A DNA stretch of 64,000 nucleotides from a bacterium (GCA_020624805.1 JAHKVW010000017.1:6185-70184), one strand, 5' to 3'. Shown: positions 20,211-30,903, counted from the first letter of the stretch. Numbers and translations: made by a program. The notes: generated by a model from the sequence alone, not told the origin.

Positions 20211-22412
20211 TTATTGCAACTTTGCAAGGAGCTGCTCGCGAGTTAGGTTCGCGTTGCGTGAAATCTCGTCATTGGGAATCACTCTGAGGATCTTGCCGTT
20301 ATATCTGGATACCAGCAGGCTCGCCTGTTGATCATCTATCTCGACTTTGACCTCTGTGTACTCTTCGTTGAGGGGTACCTGCTTTTTGAGGTTGGCTTTT
20401 TCTGTTAAAGCGCCGGTCGGACAGAGCTGTACGCACAGTCCGCAGTTGTTGCACTTGGTCTGATCGAGCGGTAACGCGAACGCGGGGGAGGGTTCGGTGG
20501 TGAAGCCTCTGCCCATCAAGCCGAGCGCGTGGATGTCCATGACCTCGCGGCAGGAGCGCACGCACAGTCCGCACAAAATACATTTTGCCGTGTTGCGCTC
20601 GATGAAGGCGTTTGCGTCATGTGTATACTGCTGCGGCATCTCGCCTTGGAAACGGCTCGGATCGATGTCATAGCGTTGCGCGACATTCAAGAGCTTGCAC
20701 TTGTAATACTCGCGGCAACCGCACTCTAAGCATCGTGATGCTTCTTCTTTGGCTTCTTCTTCGGTGAAGCCGAGAGATACCTCGTCGAAGTTCTTATTCC
20801 TGACTTCGGGAGCTAAAACGCGCGGCGTTTTTCTCGCTTCTTTTTTACGATCCGAATAATCGATCGTCGCTTCATCACGTTTGGAGATATAGGGGACACG
20901 TGTGTCCATTTTCTGATTATTCAGATAAGCATCAACAGCTTTTGCGCAGCGGTCAGCCTCGCCGATCGCCTCGATCGCGATACTTGCGCCGCGATTTGTC
21001 GCGTCACCGATCGCAAAAACGCCGTCCATGTTGGTGGTGAACCAATCGGGATCTGCCTCAATGTTGCCGCGCTCATTCAGCTGTAATTCGCTAACGTCAC
21101 CCTGCACGAGCTTCTGACCAATCGCGAGGATGACGGAATCAAGCGGGATCTCCTCGGTCTTGCCCTCGACGGGAACAGGTCTGCGCCTGCCCGAAGCGTC
21201 GGGTTCGCCGAGCTCCATGATCTGGAGCGTGACAGATTTGAGCTTGCCATTCTCACCGTTGAAGGAGATCGGATTGGTCAGGAACTTGTAGATCACGCCC
21301 TCTTCTTCCGCTTCGTCGATCTCCAAAGCGTCGGCGGGCATTTCCGCGCGGGTGCGGCGATAGATCACATAGACTTCCTTTGCACCCAGCCTTACCGCCG
21401 TTCTGCAAGCATCCATCGCGGTGTTGCCGCCGCCGCAGATCGCGACGCGCTCACCTATTTCGGGAGGATTGCCCTTGATGACCGCGCGCAGGAAGTCGAT
21501 ACCGCCGTATACGCCCTCTAAATCTTCGCCGGGAGTGCGCATGGAGCTTGATTGCCACGCGCCGACAGCGACGATGACCGCGTCATTCTCGGTTTTCAGC
21601 GATTCGATGGTAAAGTCTTTTCCTAACTTTACATTGTTGACGAGCTTCACACCGCTCTTTTCGATGATGGCGATCTCTTTGTCGAGCACCTCTTTCGGCA
21701 GTCGGTACTGCGGGATGCCGTAACGGAGCATACCGCCCATCTTCTCCATCATATCATAAACGGTCACGCTGTGACCCATGATGTTCAGGTAGTACGCGGC
21801 TGTCAGACCGGCAGGGCCGCCGCCAATGATCGCGACCTTTTTACCCGTGCGCACCATAACGTCCGGTAAATAACTGTCTTTATTGAGGTCAATATCTGCC
21901 GCGAACGCTTTGAGTTGGGCGATATTGATGGGCTCTTCCACGTTCTTGCGTCGGCATGCCTTCTCGCACGGATGCGGGCACACTCTGCCGATGGACGCGG
22001 GGAGCGGGATCTTGTTTTTAATGAGCTTGATCGCACTGTCATACTCGCCGTTCGCGATCAGTCCGACGTAGCCTTGACAGTCGGTGCGAGCAGGGCAGTT
22101 GAGCTGACACGGCGCGACGCAGTCGCCGTCATGCGCGGACATCAGGAGTTCCATCGCGATCTTGCGGGATTGCACCACTCTGTCACTTTCGGTATTGATG
22201 ACCATGCCCTCGGTGCATTTCGCGGAGCAGGATCGGAGCAGCTTCGGGATACCTTCGGCTTCTACCACGCACAGTCCGCACGCGCCGTAGATCTCGACAG
22301 CCTTGTCATAGCAAAGGGTGGGGATGTCGATACCGTTCGCTCTCGCGGCTTCTAAGATTGTCGCGCCCTCGGGGGCTTGAATCGCTTTTCCGTTGATTGT
22401 CAGATTAATCAT
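20211..22412 (-). CDS. Fe-S flavoprotein: NuoG-like [2Fe-2S] + GltD-like NADPH module + [4Fe-4S] clusters (StnC-like)
   Basis: PTLC...GACGLC...C; CQLNCP/RVCPHPCE; GGGPAG; GGGNTA...YRR; RCLECGC; two CxxCxxCxxxC motifs; no H-cluster or Mo domain. Confidence 0.85.
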   Translation of the reverse strand: MINLTINGKAIQAPEGATILEAARANGIDIPTLCYDKAVEIYGACGLCVVEAEGIPKLLRSCSAKCTEGMVINTESDRVVQSRKIAMELLMSAHDGDCVAPCQLNCPARTDCQGYVGLIANGEYDSAIKLIKNKIPLPASIGRVCPHPCEKACRRKNVEEPINIAQLKAFAADIDLNKDSYLPDVMVRTGKKVAIIGGGPAGLTAAYYLNIMGHSVTVYDMMEKMGGMLRYGIPQYRLPKEVLDKEIAIIEKSGVKLVNNVKLGKDFTIESLKTENDAVIVAVGAWQSSSMRTPGEDLEGVYGGIDFLRAVIKGNPPEIGERVAICGGGNTAMDACRTAVRLGAKEVYVIYRRTRAEMPADALEIDEAEEEGVIYKFLTNPISFNGENGKLKSVTLQIMELGEPDASGRRRPVPVEGKTEEIPLDSVILAIGQKLVQGDVSELQLNERGNIEADPDWFTTNMDGVFAIGDATNRGASIAIEAIGEADRCAKAVDAYLNNQKMDTRVPYISKRDEATIDYSDRKKEARKTPRVLAPEVRNKNFDEVSLGFTEEEAKEEASRCLECGCREYYKCKLLNVAQRYDIDPSRFQGEMPQQYTHDANAFIERNTAKCILCGLCVRSCREVMDIHALGLMGRGFTTEPSPAFALPLDQTKCNNCGLCVQLCPTGALTEKANLKKQVPLNEEYTEVKVEIDDQQASLLVSRYNGKILRVIPNDEISRNANLTREQLLAKLQ

Positions 22413-22425
22413 TCTTACCCCTCCT

Positions 22426-24159
22426 TTACGCTTTTACTACCGCGTCAAAGCGGCAGATGGAATAGCACTTGCCGCACTTGATGCACTTGTCGATGTTGAT
22501 GACATGGGGATTCTTTACTGTACCAGAAATAGCCTCAACAGGGCAATTTCTCGCGCATAAGGTACAGCCCTTACATTTCTCAGCATTGATGCTGTATTCA
22601 ATGAGGTCGGAGCATTCGCCCGCGGGACACTTTTTGTCCTTGATGTGAGCTTCATACTCGTCACGGAAATATTTGATGGTGGTGAGAACGGGGTTCGGCG
22701 CCGTCTGACCGAGACCGCAGAGCGCGCCGTCCTTGATGGCGTAGCACAGTTCTTCGAGCAGTTCGATATCTCCTTCTTTGCCCTCGCCCTTGGTGATGCG
22801 CTCGAGCATCTCGAGCATCCTCTTGGTGCCGATCCTGCAATGCACGCATTTGCCGCAGCTCTCTTTCGCGGTGAAATCGAGGAAGAACTTCGCCATCCCG
22901 ACCATGCAGGTGCTTTCATCCATGACGACCATACCGCCCGATCCCATGATCGCGCCGGTAGCGCCGAGCGCCTTGTAGTCGATCACGGTGTCGATGAGCG
23001 AAGCCGGGATACATCCTCCGGAGGGACCGCCCATCTGGACAGCTTTAAAGGGCTTGTCGGATTTCATGCCGCCGCCGATGTCGAAGATGACGTCACGCAG
23101 GGTTTTACCCATCGGGATCTCGACCAGACCGCTTCTCTTGACCTTGCCGGTAACGGCGAATACCTTGGTGCCTTTACTGCCCTCGGTACCCATTGCGGCG
23201 AAGGCTTCTCCGCCGTTGTTGATGATCCACGCGACATTAGCGAAGGTCTCGACGTTGTTGATATTACTGGGCTTTCTCCAAAAACCGCTTTGTGCAGGGA
23301 ACGGAGGCTTCAATCTCGGCATACCGCGATGACCCTCTAAGGATTCGATCAGCGCGGTTTCCTCACCGCAGACGAACGCGCCCGCGCCCGCCTTGATCAT
23401 GAAGTCGCAGGAGAAGTCGGTGCCGAAAATGTTGTTGCCGATGATGCCCTTTTCACGCGCTTGTTCCAGTGCGTTCTTTAAACGCTTGATCGCGAGCGGA
23501 TACTCCGCTCTGACGTAAACGACCGCGTGCTTTGCGCCGATAGCGTACGCGCCGATGAGCATACCCTCGATCAGGTTGTGCGGATCGGATTCGATGACCG
23601 CGCGATCCATGAACGCGCCGGGGTCGCCCTCGTCGGCGTTACAGATCAGATACTTTTCCTCGCCCTCGCTCTGTCGCGCCGCGTTCCACTTGAACCATGT
23701 CGGGAAGCCCGCGCCGCCGCGACCCGCTAAGCCTGAGGTCTTGATGATCTCGATGACCTCCTCGGGTGTTTTTTCTGTAAGGCAGGATTTCAGCGCGGTG
23801 TAGCCGTCTTTTTCAATATATTCTTCGATCTTCTCAGGGTTGATGATACCGCAATTGCGTAACGCAATACGAGTCTGCTTGTTGAGAAACTCGCTGTCCT
23901 CGTCCGAAACTACCAAATTCTCGATCTTGGAACGATCGCCTGTGTTGATGTACTCCGCGATCGCGGGAGCGTCGCTCTCGGAAACCTTGACCAATCTGGT
24001 GAGCTTATCCTCGTCATAGATATCCACGATCGGCTCTAAGTAGCACATACCGATACAACCTGCAACGCTGGCGTTGATGTTTTCTTTTAGGAGTGCCTGA
24101 CGTACTTTTTCCGCGCCCGCGGCGATACCGCAGGAGCCCTGTCCGATGACGATCCTCAT
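22426..24159 (-). CDS. NuoF/HydB-like NADH-binding flavoprotein subunit
   Basis: GRGGAGFPT, CNADEGDPGAFMDR, FVCGEETAL, ESCGKCVHCRIG, C-terminal 2x[4Fe-4S]. Confidence 0.92.
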   Translation of the reverse strand: MRIVIGQGSCGIAAGAEKVRQALLKENINASVAGCIGMCYLEPIVDIYDEDKLTRLVKVSESDAPAIAEYINTGDRSKIENLVVSDEDSEFLNKQTRIALRNCGIINPEKIEEYIEKDGYTALKSCLTEKTPEEVIEIIKTSGLAGRGGAGFPTWFKWNAARQSEGEEKYLICNADEGDPGAFMDRAVIESDPHNLIEGMLIGAYAIGAKHAVVYVRAEYPLAIKRLKNALEQAREKGIIGNNIFGTDFSCDFMIKAGAGAFVCGEETALIESLEGHRGMPRLKPPFPAQSGFWRKPSNINNVETFANVAWIINNGGEAFAAMGTEGSKGTKVFAVTGKVKRSGLVEIPMGKTLRDVIFDIGGGMKSDKPFKAVQMGGPSGGCIPASLIDTVIDYKALGATGAIMGSGGMVVMDESTCMVGMAKFFLDFTAKESCGKCVHCRIGTKRMLEMLERITKGEGKEGDIELLEELCYAIKDGALCGLGQTAPNPVLTTIKYFRDEYEAHIKDKKCPAGECSDLIEYSINAEKCKGCTLCARNCPVEAISGTVKNPHVINIDKCIKCGKCYSICRFDAVVKA

Positions 24160-24632
24160 ACTGCCGCCTCCCTTAATTCTTTCAAAATCTTCTTGGTCTT
24201 GTCGGGGGTCAGCGAGCCGTAGGTGTCCTCATTTACCATCATGACAGGGGAGAGGGAACAGCAACCCAGACACGCCACGCATTTGAGTGAGAACAAGCCG
24301 TCCTCGGTGGTCTGACCGTCGTCGATGCCCAGCTCATCCTTGATGGTCTGTAAGATCAGCTCACTGCCGTTGACATGGCACGCCGTACCCTGACACAGCA
24401 TGATCAGGTACTTGCCGACAGGCTCAAAGCGGAACTGGGTGTAGAAGGTGCCGACGCCCATGATCTCACTCGTCGCGATGCCCGTTCTCTCCGAGATCAG
24501 CTCGATCGCTTCCTTCGGCAGATAGCCGTAGATGTCCTGCGTGTGCTGTAAAATAGTGATCAGACTGCCCTTGACCGCGGCGTATTCATCGAGCACGCCG
24601 CTAAGCAGGGAAAGGTCGATATTATCATTCAT
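24156..24632 (-). CDS. NuoE/HydC-like [2Fe-2S] subunit
   Basis: CQGTACHVNG...CVACLGCCSLSP; GGAGGA RBS before ATG 24632. Confidence 0.92.
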   Translation of the reverse strand: MNDNIDLSLLSGVLDEYAAVKGSLITILQHTQDIYGYLPKEAIELISERTGIATSEIMGVGTFYTQFRFEPVGKYLIMLCQGTACHVNGSELILQTIKDELGIDDGQTTEDGLFSLKCVACLGCCSLSPVMMVNEDTYGSLTPDKTKKILKELREAAV

Positions 24633-24748
24633 AAAGTTCCTCCAAATGCTGATTCCGCATGATCGAATCAGCCCATAATAATACGCCAAAAGCGCACTCT
24701 CACATGTTCGGAGAGCGCGCTTATTGTTCTGTCAAAAATCGCTTACGA

Positions 24749-26113
<1,365 letters not shown>

Positions 26114-26129
26114 TTATATGTTGCACTGC

Positions 26130-26227
26130 AAAAAAAACGCAAAAAAATAAAGGCACCTCGGACTATGTGTCCGAGACGCCTTTGTCTCAACAGCACGAAT
26201 TATACGCCCAAATTGTTCGTTTGTCAA
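26130..26227 (-). promoter_or_regulatory. gdhA promoter plus ANTAR-type hairpin/terminator
   Basis: TTGACA-N17-TATAAT, then GAGAC[AAAGGC]GTCTC inside the terminator 5' arm (...GGTGCCTTT ATTTTTTT). Confidence 0.85.
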
Positions 26228-26328
26228 GCAATTGAATGAAATTTAACAAAACTTACTAATTGGTTTTGCAGGATTTCCGTTCTTTTCTTGCAAAATGTGA
26301 AAAGATCGGGCTCACTCAAAATGAGGGA

Positions 26329-26420
26329 TTGACATCAAAAAATAATTATGTTAAAGTGTTAGCGGAACAAAGGCGTTCATTTGAGGCAGTATTCTGCGCT
26401 GCCCCAAATGGCGCTTTTTT
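26329..26420 (+). promoter_or_regulatory. GS-like 1 promoter plus ANTAR-type attenuator, copy 1
   Basis: TTGACA-N17-TAAAGT; GAAC[AAAGGC]GTTC; terminator ending GGCGCTTTTTT. Confidence 0.85.
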
Positions 26421-26430
26421 ATCTTTCATA

Positions 26431-26474
26431 ATCATTGCGAGGGCTCGGCACGATTGTCGGCTCGCGGCAATCAC
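26431..26474. repeat. REP-like family 1 unit between the tandem attenuators
   Basis: ATCATTGCGAGG...CGCGGCAATCAC. Confidence 0.75.
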
Positions 26475-26489
26475 AACTGATCTCGATAT

Positions 26490-26539
26490 GAACAAAGGCG
26501 TTCATCTAGACTGTTCCGGGTCTAAGTGTCGCCTTTTTT
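26490..26539 (+). promoter_or_regulatory. ANTAR-type attenuator, copy 2, before GS-like 1
   Basis: GAAC[AAAGGC]GTTC; terminator ending TCGCCTTTTTT. Confidence 0.85.
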
Positions 26540-26591
26540 ATATTTATATGTTTTTATATGGCATTACCTCTGAAAAGGAGCGAGTGAGAGC

Positions 26592-27800
26592 ATGAATCAT
26601 ACAGAGCAGGAATTGATGAAGCAGATCGAAGAAGAGGACGTCAAATTCATCCGTCTTTCCTTCTGTGATATCTACGGCGTTCAAAAGAATATTTCGATCC
26701 AGCGCAGCGAACTGCCCAGAGCCTTTGAGAAAGGCATCGGGATCGACGCTTCCTACATCAACGGCTTCGGCGGCGATTACGGCAAGGATATCTGGCTCCA
26801 TCCCGAGACGGATACGATCACGGTTCTGCCGTGGAGACCCGAGCACGGCAAGGTCGTCAGGATGTTCTGTACGCTGACCTACGAGGACGGTACTCCTGTC
26901 GAGACCGACACCCGCGCGGTATTAAAGGACGCTGTCAAATACGCCCAATCAAAGGGCTATCGCTTCCACTTCAAGTCCGAGCTGCAGTTCTATCTGTTCA
27001 AGACGGACGGCGACTCGGAGAATACCGGCGTTCCCTATGACAACGCAGGGTATATGGACATTGCGCCTCTCGACAAGGGCGAGAACGTGCGCCGTGAGAT
27101 CTGTCTGACGCTCGAACAGATGGGGATCGATCCCGAAAGCTCCCACCATGAGGCAGGACCCGGACAGAACGAGATCGACTTCCGCTATTCCGATCCGATC
27201 ACTGCCGCGGACAATACCGTGACTTTTCTCAGCGTCGTGCGCACTATCGCCGCACGCAACGGGCTTTATGCCGACTTCTCCCCAAAGCCGATCAAGGATA
27301 AGACCGGCTCGGCGCTGCATATTTCCGTATCGACAAAGGCAAAATCAGGAGAGGATGTGACCGACGCCGCGATCGCGGGCATCCTGCATAATATCGCCGG
27401 TATGACGGTATTCCTCAACCCGAAGGCGGAATCCTTTGAGCGCTTCGGCAAGCACAAAGCTCCGAAGTATATCACATGGTCACAGACGAATCGTTCTCAG
27501 CTTGTATTCTCGCGGCATACCGAAAGCGGCAGCCGCTGTGCTCAGCTGCGTTCACCCGACCCTCAGGCGAATCCGTATCTGGCATACGCCCTGATGATCT
27601 ACGCGATCATGGACGGTATCGAAAACGGCAGAACGTTACCGCAGCCCACGGATGAAAACGTCTTACAGCTCATCACCGATTCAGCAGAACCCCAAAAGCT
27701 GCCCGACAGTCTGGAGAAGGCGCGTATCGAAGCAACAAATTCACCGCTTGTACAGCGGTTCATCCCCTCGGCAGTGACCATGGTTTACTGTGCAGATTAA
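26592..27800 (+). CDS. glutamine synthetase type I-like protein, catalytically degenerate (paralog 1)
   Basis: GS fold motifs (VKFIRL.FCDI.G, HHEAGPGQNEIDF, RSPDP.ANPY), but ELQF, HKAP, LVFS and QLRS replace EPEF, YEAP, IRIP and EVRS; 402 aa. Confidence 0.85.
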   Translation: MNHTEQELMKQIEEEDVKFIRLSFCDIYGVQKNISIQRSELPRAFEKGIGIDASYINGFGGDYGKDIWLHPETDTITVLPWRPEHGKVVRMFCTLTYEDGTPVETDTRAVLKDAVKYAQSKGYRFHFKSELQFYLFKTDGDSENTGVPYDNAGYMDIAPLDKGENVRREICLTLEQMGIDPESSHHEAGPGQNEIDFRYSDPITAADNTVTFLSVVRTIAARNGLYADFSPKPIKDKTGSALHISVSTKAKSGEDVTDAAIAGILHNIAGMTVFLNPKAESFERFGKHKAPKYITWSQTNRSQLVFSRHTESGSRCAQLRSPDPQANPYLAYALMIYAIMDGIENGRTLPQPTDENVLQLITDSAEPQKLPDSLEKARIEATNSPLVQRFIPSAVTMVYCAD

Positions 27801-27874
27801 CAGCGTAGTAACCACTGCATTTTACCATATTATTGTTTACCTGATAACAAAAATCATCGAAAGGAGAGCGCACC

Positions 27875-28456
27875 TTGGACTTTACAGAGCACCGGTACAG
27901 AATACTGATCGTATCCTCGGACGACAGGTTCGGCAGAGAAGTCAGCACTCTCCTGCAGGGCGACCAATTTCAGCAGGATTTTTCCCGCAGCGCGTCGGAC
28001 GCCCGCTGTAAGCTGCTCGAAAACCAATACGATTTTGTGATCGTCAACGCGCCGTTGAGGGATGAGTTCGGCTCCCGTCTGTGTATCGATATCAGCCGCA
28101 ACAACGGCACCATCGCCGCGATCTTTGCGGCAACCGATACCTATGACGAGATCTACGCGAAGGTGTCCGTGCACGGCGTTTTCGCGCTCCATAAGCCGAC
28201 CTCCAAAACACTGGTCTCTCAGGCGGTGTCGCTGATGGTGTGCGCCAGAGAACGTCTGCGGTCGTTGGAAAAGAAGGTCGGCAACACCGAGAGCAAGCTC
28301 GACGAGATCCGCATCGTCAACAAAGCCAAATGGCTGTTGATCGATCAGGAAGGGCTGAGCGAGGCGGACGCGCATAAGTATATCGAGAAGTCCGCGATGG
28401 ATGCCGGTATCACCAAACGGCTTGCCGCTCAAATGATCATTGACAAATACCTGTAA
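27875..28456 (+). CDS. ANTAR antiterminator with pseudo-receiver domain (paralog 1)
   Basis: C-terminal RIVNKAKWLLI...SEADAHKYIEKSAMD ANTAR domain; phospho-Asp position is Asn (FVIVNAP). Confidence 0.9.
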   Translation: MDFTEHRYRILIVSSDDRFGREVSTLLQGDQFQQDFSRSASDARCKLLENQYDFVIVNAPLRDEFGSRLCIDISRNNGTIAAIFAATDTYDEIYAKVSVHGVFALHKPTSKTLVSQAVSLMVCARERLRSLEKKVGNTESKLDEIRIVNKAKWLLIDQEGLSEADAHKYIEKSAMDAGITKRLAAQMIIDKYL

Positions 28457-28497
28457 TAGGCGTATTTTCTAAGAGAGAATACGTCTTTGTCTTTTTC
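28453..28497 (+). terminator. terminator between ANTAR1 and glmS resembling a degenerate ANTAR element
   Basis: AGGCGTATTTTCT/AGAGAATACGTCT stem plus TTTTT; 3' arm ACGTCTTTGTC is complementary to GACAAAGACGT. Confidence 0.6.
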
Positions 28498-28535
28498 GGG
28501 CAGTTGACATATTATATTAGTAAAGGAGAACACTT

Positions 28536-30362
28536 ATGTGCGGAATAGTAGGATATGTCGGACCGCGTGACTGCGCGGATGTGCTGGTATCGGCTCTGAC
28601 AAAGCTGGAATATCGCGGATATGACTCCGCCGGTATCGCCGTGTTTGAAAACGGAAAGATCGAAGTCGCCAAAACCAAGGGCAGACTGGCTGATCTGACC
28701 GAGAAGATGGAGAAAGAAGGCAAGCCGCAGGGTCACGCCGGAATCGGCCATACGCGCTGGGCGACCCACGGCGAGCCGCGCGATATCAACTCTCACCCCC
28801 ACTCGGGGCGCAGGGTCACCATCGTCCATAACGGCATCATCGAGAACTACAAACAGCTCAAGCAATTCCTGATCGAAAACGACCGCACCGAGTTCCTCTC
28901 CGATACCGACACCGAGGTCGTGGCGCAGCTGCTTGACTTCTACTATGAGGGCGATCCCATTCGCTGTATCCGCCGTACGCTCCACGAGCTGCGCGGTTCC
29001 TTTGCGCTGGGGATCGTTTTCGCCGACCGTCCCGAGACCGTTTACGCGGTACGGTGTGAAAGCCCGCTGATCGTCGGTCAGGGTCAGGACGAGGTGTTCA
29101 TCGCCTCCGATGTGCCCGCCATCATCAAATATACCAAGGAATACTATCTGCTGGAGCAGGGCGAGATCGCGATCCTGAAAAACGGCAGTGTAGATTTTTG
29201 CACCCTGCACGGCAGAAAACTGAAGAAGGAACTGCTCTTTGCCGACTGGGATGAGGACAGCGCCGAAAAGGGCGGTTATCCGCACTTTATGCTCAAGGAG
29301 ATCCATGAGCAGCCCACCGCCGTCAAAACGACGGTCACGCCGCGCATCGAGGACGGTCTGCCCGATCTGTCCGAGTGCGGCATCATTTTCGGCACGCTGA
29401 GAAATCTGAAAAACATCTTCATCGTCGCCTGCGGTACCGCTATGCACGCCGGTATGGTGGGCAAATATGTCATCGAAAAGCTCGCGCGTGTACCCGTAAC
29501 AGTCGATATCGCCTCCGAGTTCCGCTATCGCGATCCGCTGTTGACGCACGACGACCTGATCATCATTATCAGCCAGAGCGGTGAGACCGCCGACAGTAAG
29601 GCAGTACTGAGTCTCGCCAAGTCGCGCGGCGCCAAAACGCTCGCGATCGTCAACGTCAAGGGCAGCTCCATTGCCAGAGAAGCCGATATGGTCATCTACA
29701 CCCACGCGGGTCCCGAGATCGCCGTCGCCTCCACCAAGGCGTATATGGTCCAGCTCGCGGTCATGTATCTGTTCGCCTTTGAAACAGCGCTCGCCAAGGG
29801 TAAGCTCGAGGAGAAGGAGTGCCGCAGACTGACTGCCGCGCTGCTCAAAATGCCCGATGTGATCGAGAAAACCATCGACAAGGTCATGGATATGTGCCAG
29901 TATGTTTCCACCAAGCTGATCACCGCCGACAGCCTGCTGTATATCGGCAGGGGGCTTGATTACGCGCTGTCGATGGAGGGCTCCTTAAAGCTCAAGGAGA
30001 TCAGCTATATTCATTCCGAAAGCTACGCCGCGGGTGAGCTCAAGCACGGTACGATCTCGCTGATCACCGAGGGGATGCCCGTGATCGCTGTCGCGACGCA
30101 GAACACCCTGCTCGAAAAGACCGTCAGCAACATCAAAGAGGTCAAGGCGCGCGGCGCGATGACCATCGTGATCTGTGACGAAGAAGCGGATATCGACGCG
30201 GACGCGGTCGACTACATGATCCGCATCCCGAAGATCAATGAGACGCTGATGCCGATGGTCGCCACAGTGCCCATGCAGCTCCTCGCGTACTACACCTCGG
30301 TCAACAAAGGCAACGACGTCGATAAGCCCCGCAATCTCGCCAAATCCGTCACGGTTGAGTAA
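28536..30362 (+). CDS. glmS: glutamine--fructose-6-phosphate aminotransferase
   Basis: MCGIVG, EYRGYDSAG, GHTRWATHG, SQSGETAD, ELKHG, PRNLAKSVTVE. Confidence 0.97.
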   Translation: MCGIVGYVGPRDCADVLVSALTKLEYRGYDSAGIAVFENGKIEVAKTKGRLADLTEKMEKEGKPQGHAGIGHTRWATHGEPRDINSHPHSGRRVTIVHNGIIENYKQLKQFLIENDRTEFLSDTDTEVVAQLLDFYYEGDPIRCIRRTLHELRGSFALGIVFADRPETVYAVRCESPLIVGQGQDEVFIASDVPAIIKYTKEYYLLEQGEIAILKNGSVDFCTLHGRKLKKELLFADWDEDSAEKGGYPHFMLKEIHEQPTAVKTTVTPRIEDGLPDLSECGIIFGTLRNLKNIFIVACGTAMHAGMVGKYVIEKLARVPVTVDIASEFRYRDPLLTHDDLIIIISQSGETADSKAVLSLAKSRGAKTLAIVNVKGSSIAREADMVIYTHAGPEIAVASTKAYMVQLAVMYLFAFETALAKGKLEEKECRRLTAALLKMPDVIEKTIDKVMDMCQYVSTKLITADSLLYIGRGLDYALSMEGSLKLKEISYIHSESYAAGELKHGTISLITEGMPVIAVATQNTLLEKTVSNIKEVKARGAMTIVICDEEADIDADAVDYMIRIPKINETLMPMVATVPMQLLAYYTSVNKGNDVDKPRNLAKSVTVE

Positions 30363-30556
30363 AGGCCCCCTTTCCTAAGGAGATTCCCCTGTTAGGGGAA
30401 ATGTCCGCAAAGCGGACAAAAGGGTCTGCAGCCTCCGCTGAGGAGTGCTGGCGCCGATAGGCGACTGGGGGTTGATACTTTTTAAGTCATATATTTCAAT
30501 AAAGATTGCAGGCAACCCTCCGCCCCTGCGGGGCACCTCCCTTAGAAAAGGGAGGC
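30363..30556. repeat. REP-like family 2 cluster (CCCCT...AGGGG hairpins)
   Basis: Short GC hairpins (TGTCCGCAAAGCGGACA, CCTCCCCTTAGAAAAGGGAGG) similar to 32192-32460 and 33777-33802. Confidence 0.6.
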
Positions 30557-30800
30557 AAAAAAGTACAGACCCCGTCGCAAGGCGGAGTCTGTAAACCAAA
30601 GGGGAGTGTGTGCAATTTTCTTTTGGCAATAAATAATGTTGATGAAGTATATATTGTTATAAGAAATCTCCCCTAAAGTCCGTTTTTGATCCTGATTTGA
30701 ATAGATCAAGATCACGAAAAAAGAAGGGTTTTGGGATTCCAAAACAGCAAAAAAGCGCCTTGAACCCCCTTGGGGGATTCAAGACGCCTTTGTCTTTACT
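30557..30800 (-). ncRNA. candidate ANTAR-controlled small RNA (~245 nt)
   Basis: Strong promoter plus attenuator with no RBS-led ORF downstream; two internal hairpins; ends at a hairpin plus U6 at 30557-30592. Confidence 0.5.
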
Positions 30801-30835
30801 GAGTGCATTATACGCTCCGATAACCAAATTGTCAA
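30749..30835 (-). promoter_or_regulatory. orphan promoter plus ANTAR-type attenuator
   Basis: TTGACA-N17-TATAAT; AGAC[AAAGGC]GTCT; terminator ...GGGGGTTCAAGGCGCTTTTTT. Confidence 0.85.
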
Positions 30836-30874
30836 GTGTTTTCAAAATATTTTAACGCTTTGATGTGCGAAAGA

Positions 30875-30903
30875 TTGACACGGCACGCCGATAATGATAT
30901 GAT
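30875..30903 (+). promoter_or_regulatory. sigma70 promoter of GS-like 2 (no ANTAR hairpin in the leader)
   Basis: TTGACA-N17-TATGAT. Confidence 0.65.

Noticed and set aside
24686-24730. Hairpin after gdhA with GAACAATAAGCG, resembling the ANTAR motif
   Set aside because: Loop lacks G4 and no small stem forms; treated as an ordinary terminator-like hairpin.
26232-26249. Possible Rex box TTGAATGAAATTTAACAA near the gdhA promoter
   Set aside because: Only the right half matches TTGTTAA-N4-TTAACAA; AT-rich context. No clear Rex box upstream of rex-adhE either.
30542-30742. 66-aa TTG ORF downstream of the orphan attenuator
   Set aside because: No RBS (the start follows the terminator U-tract), atypical composition, and it runs through the terminator and REP.
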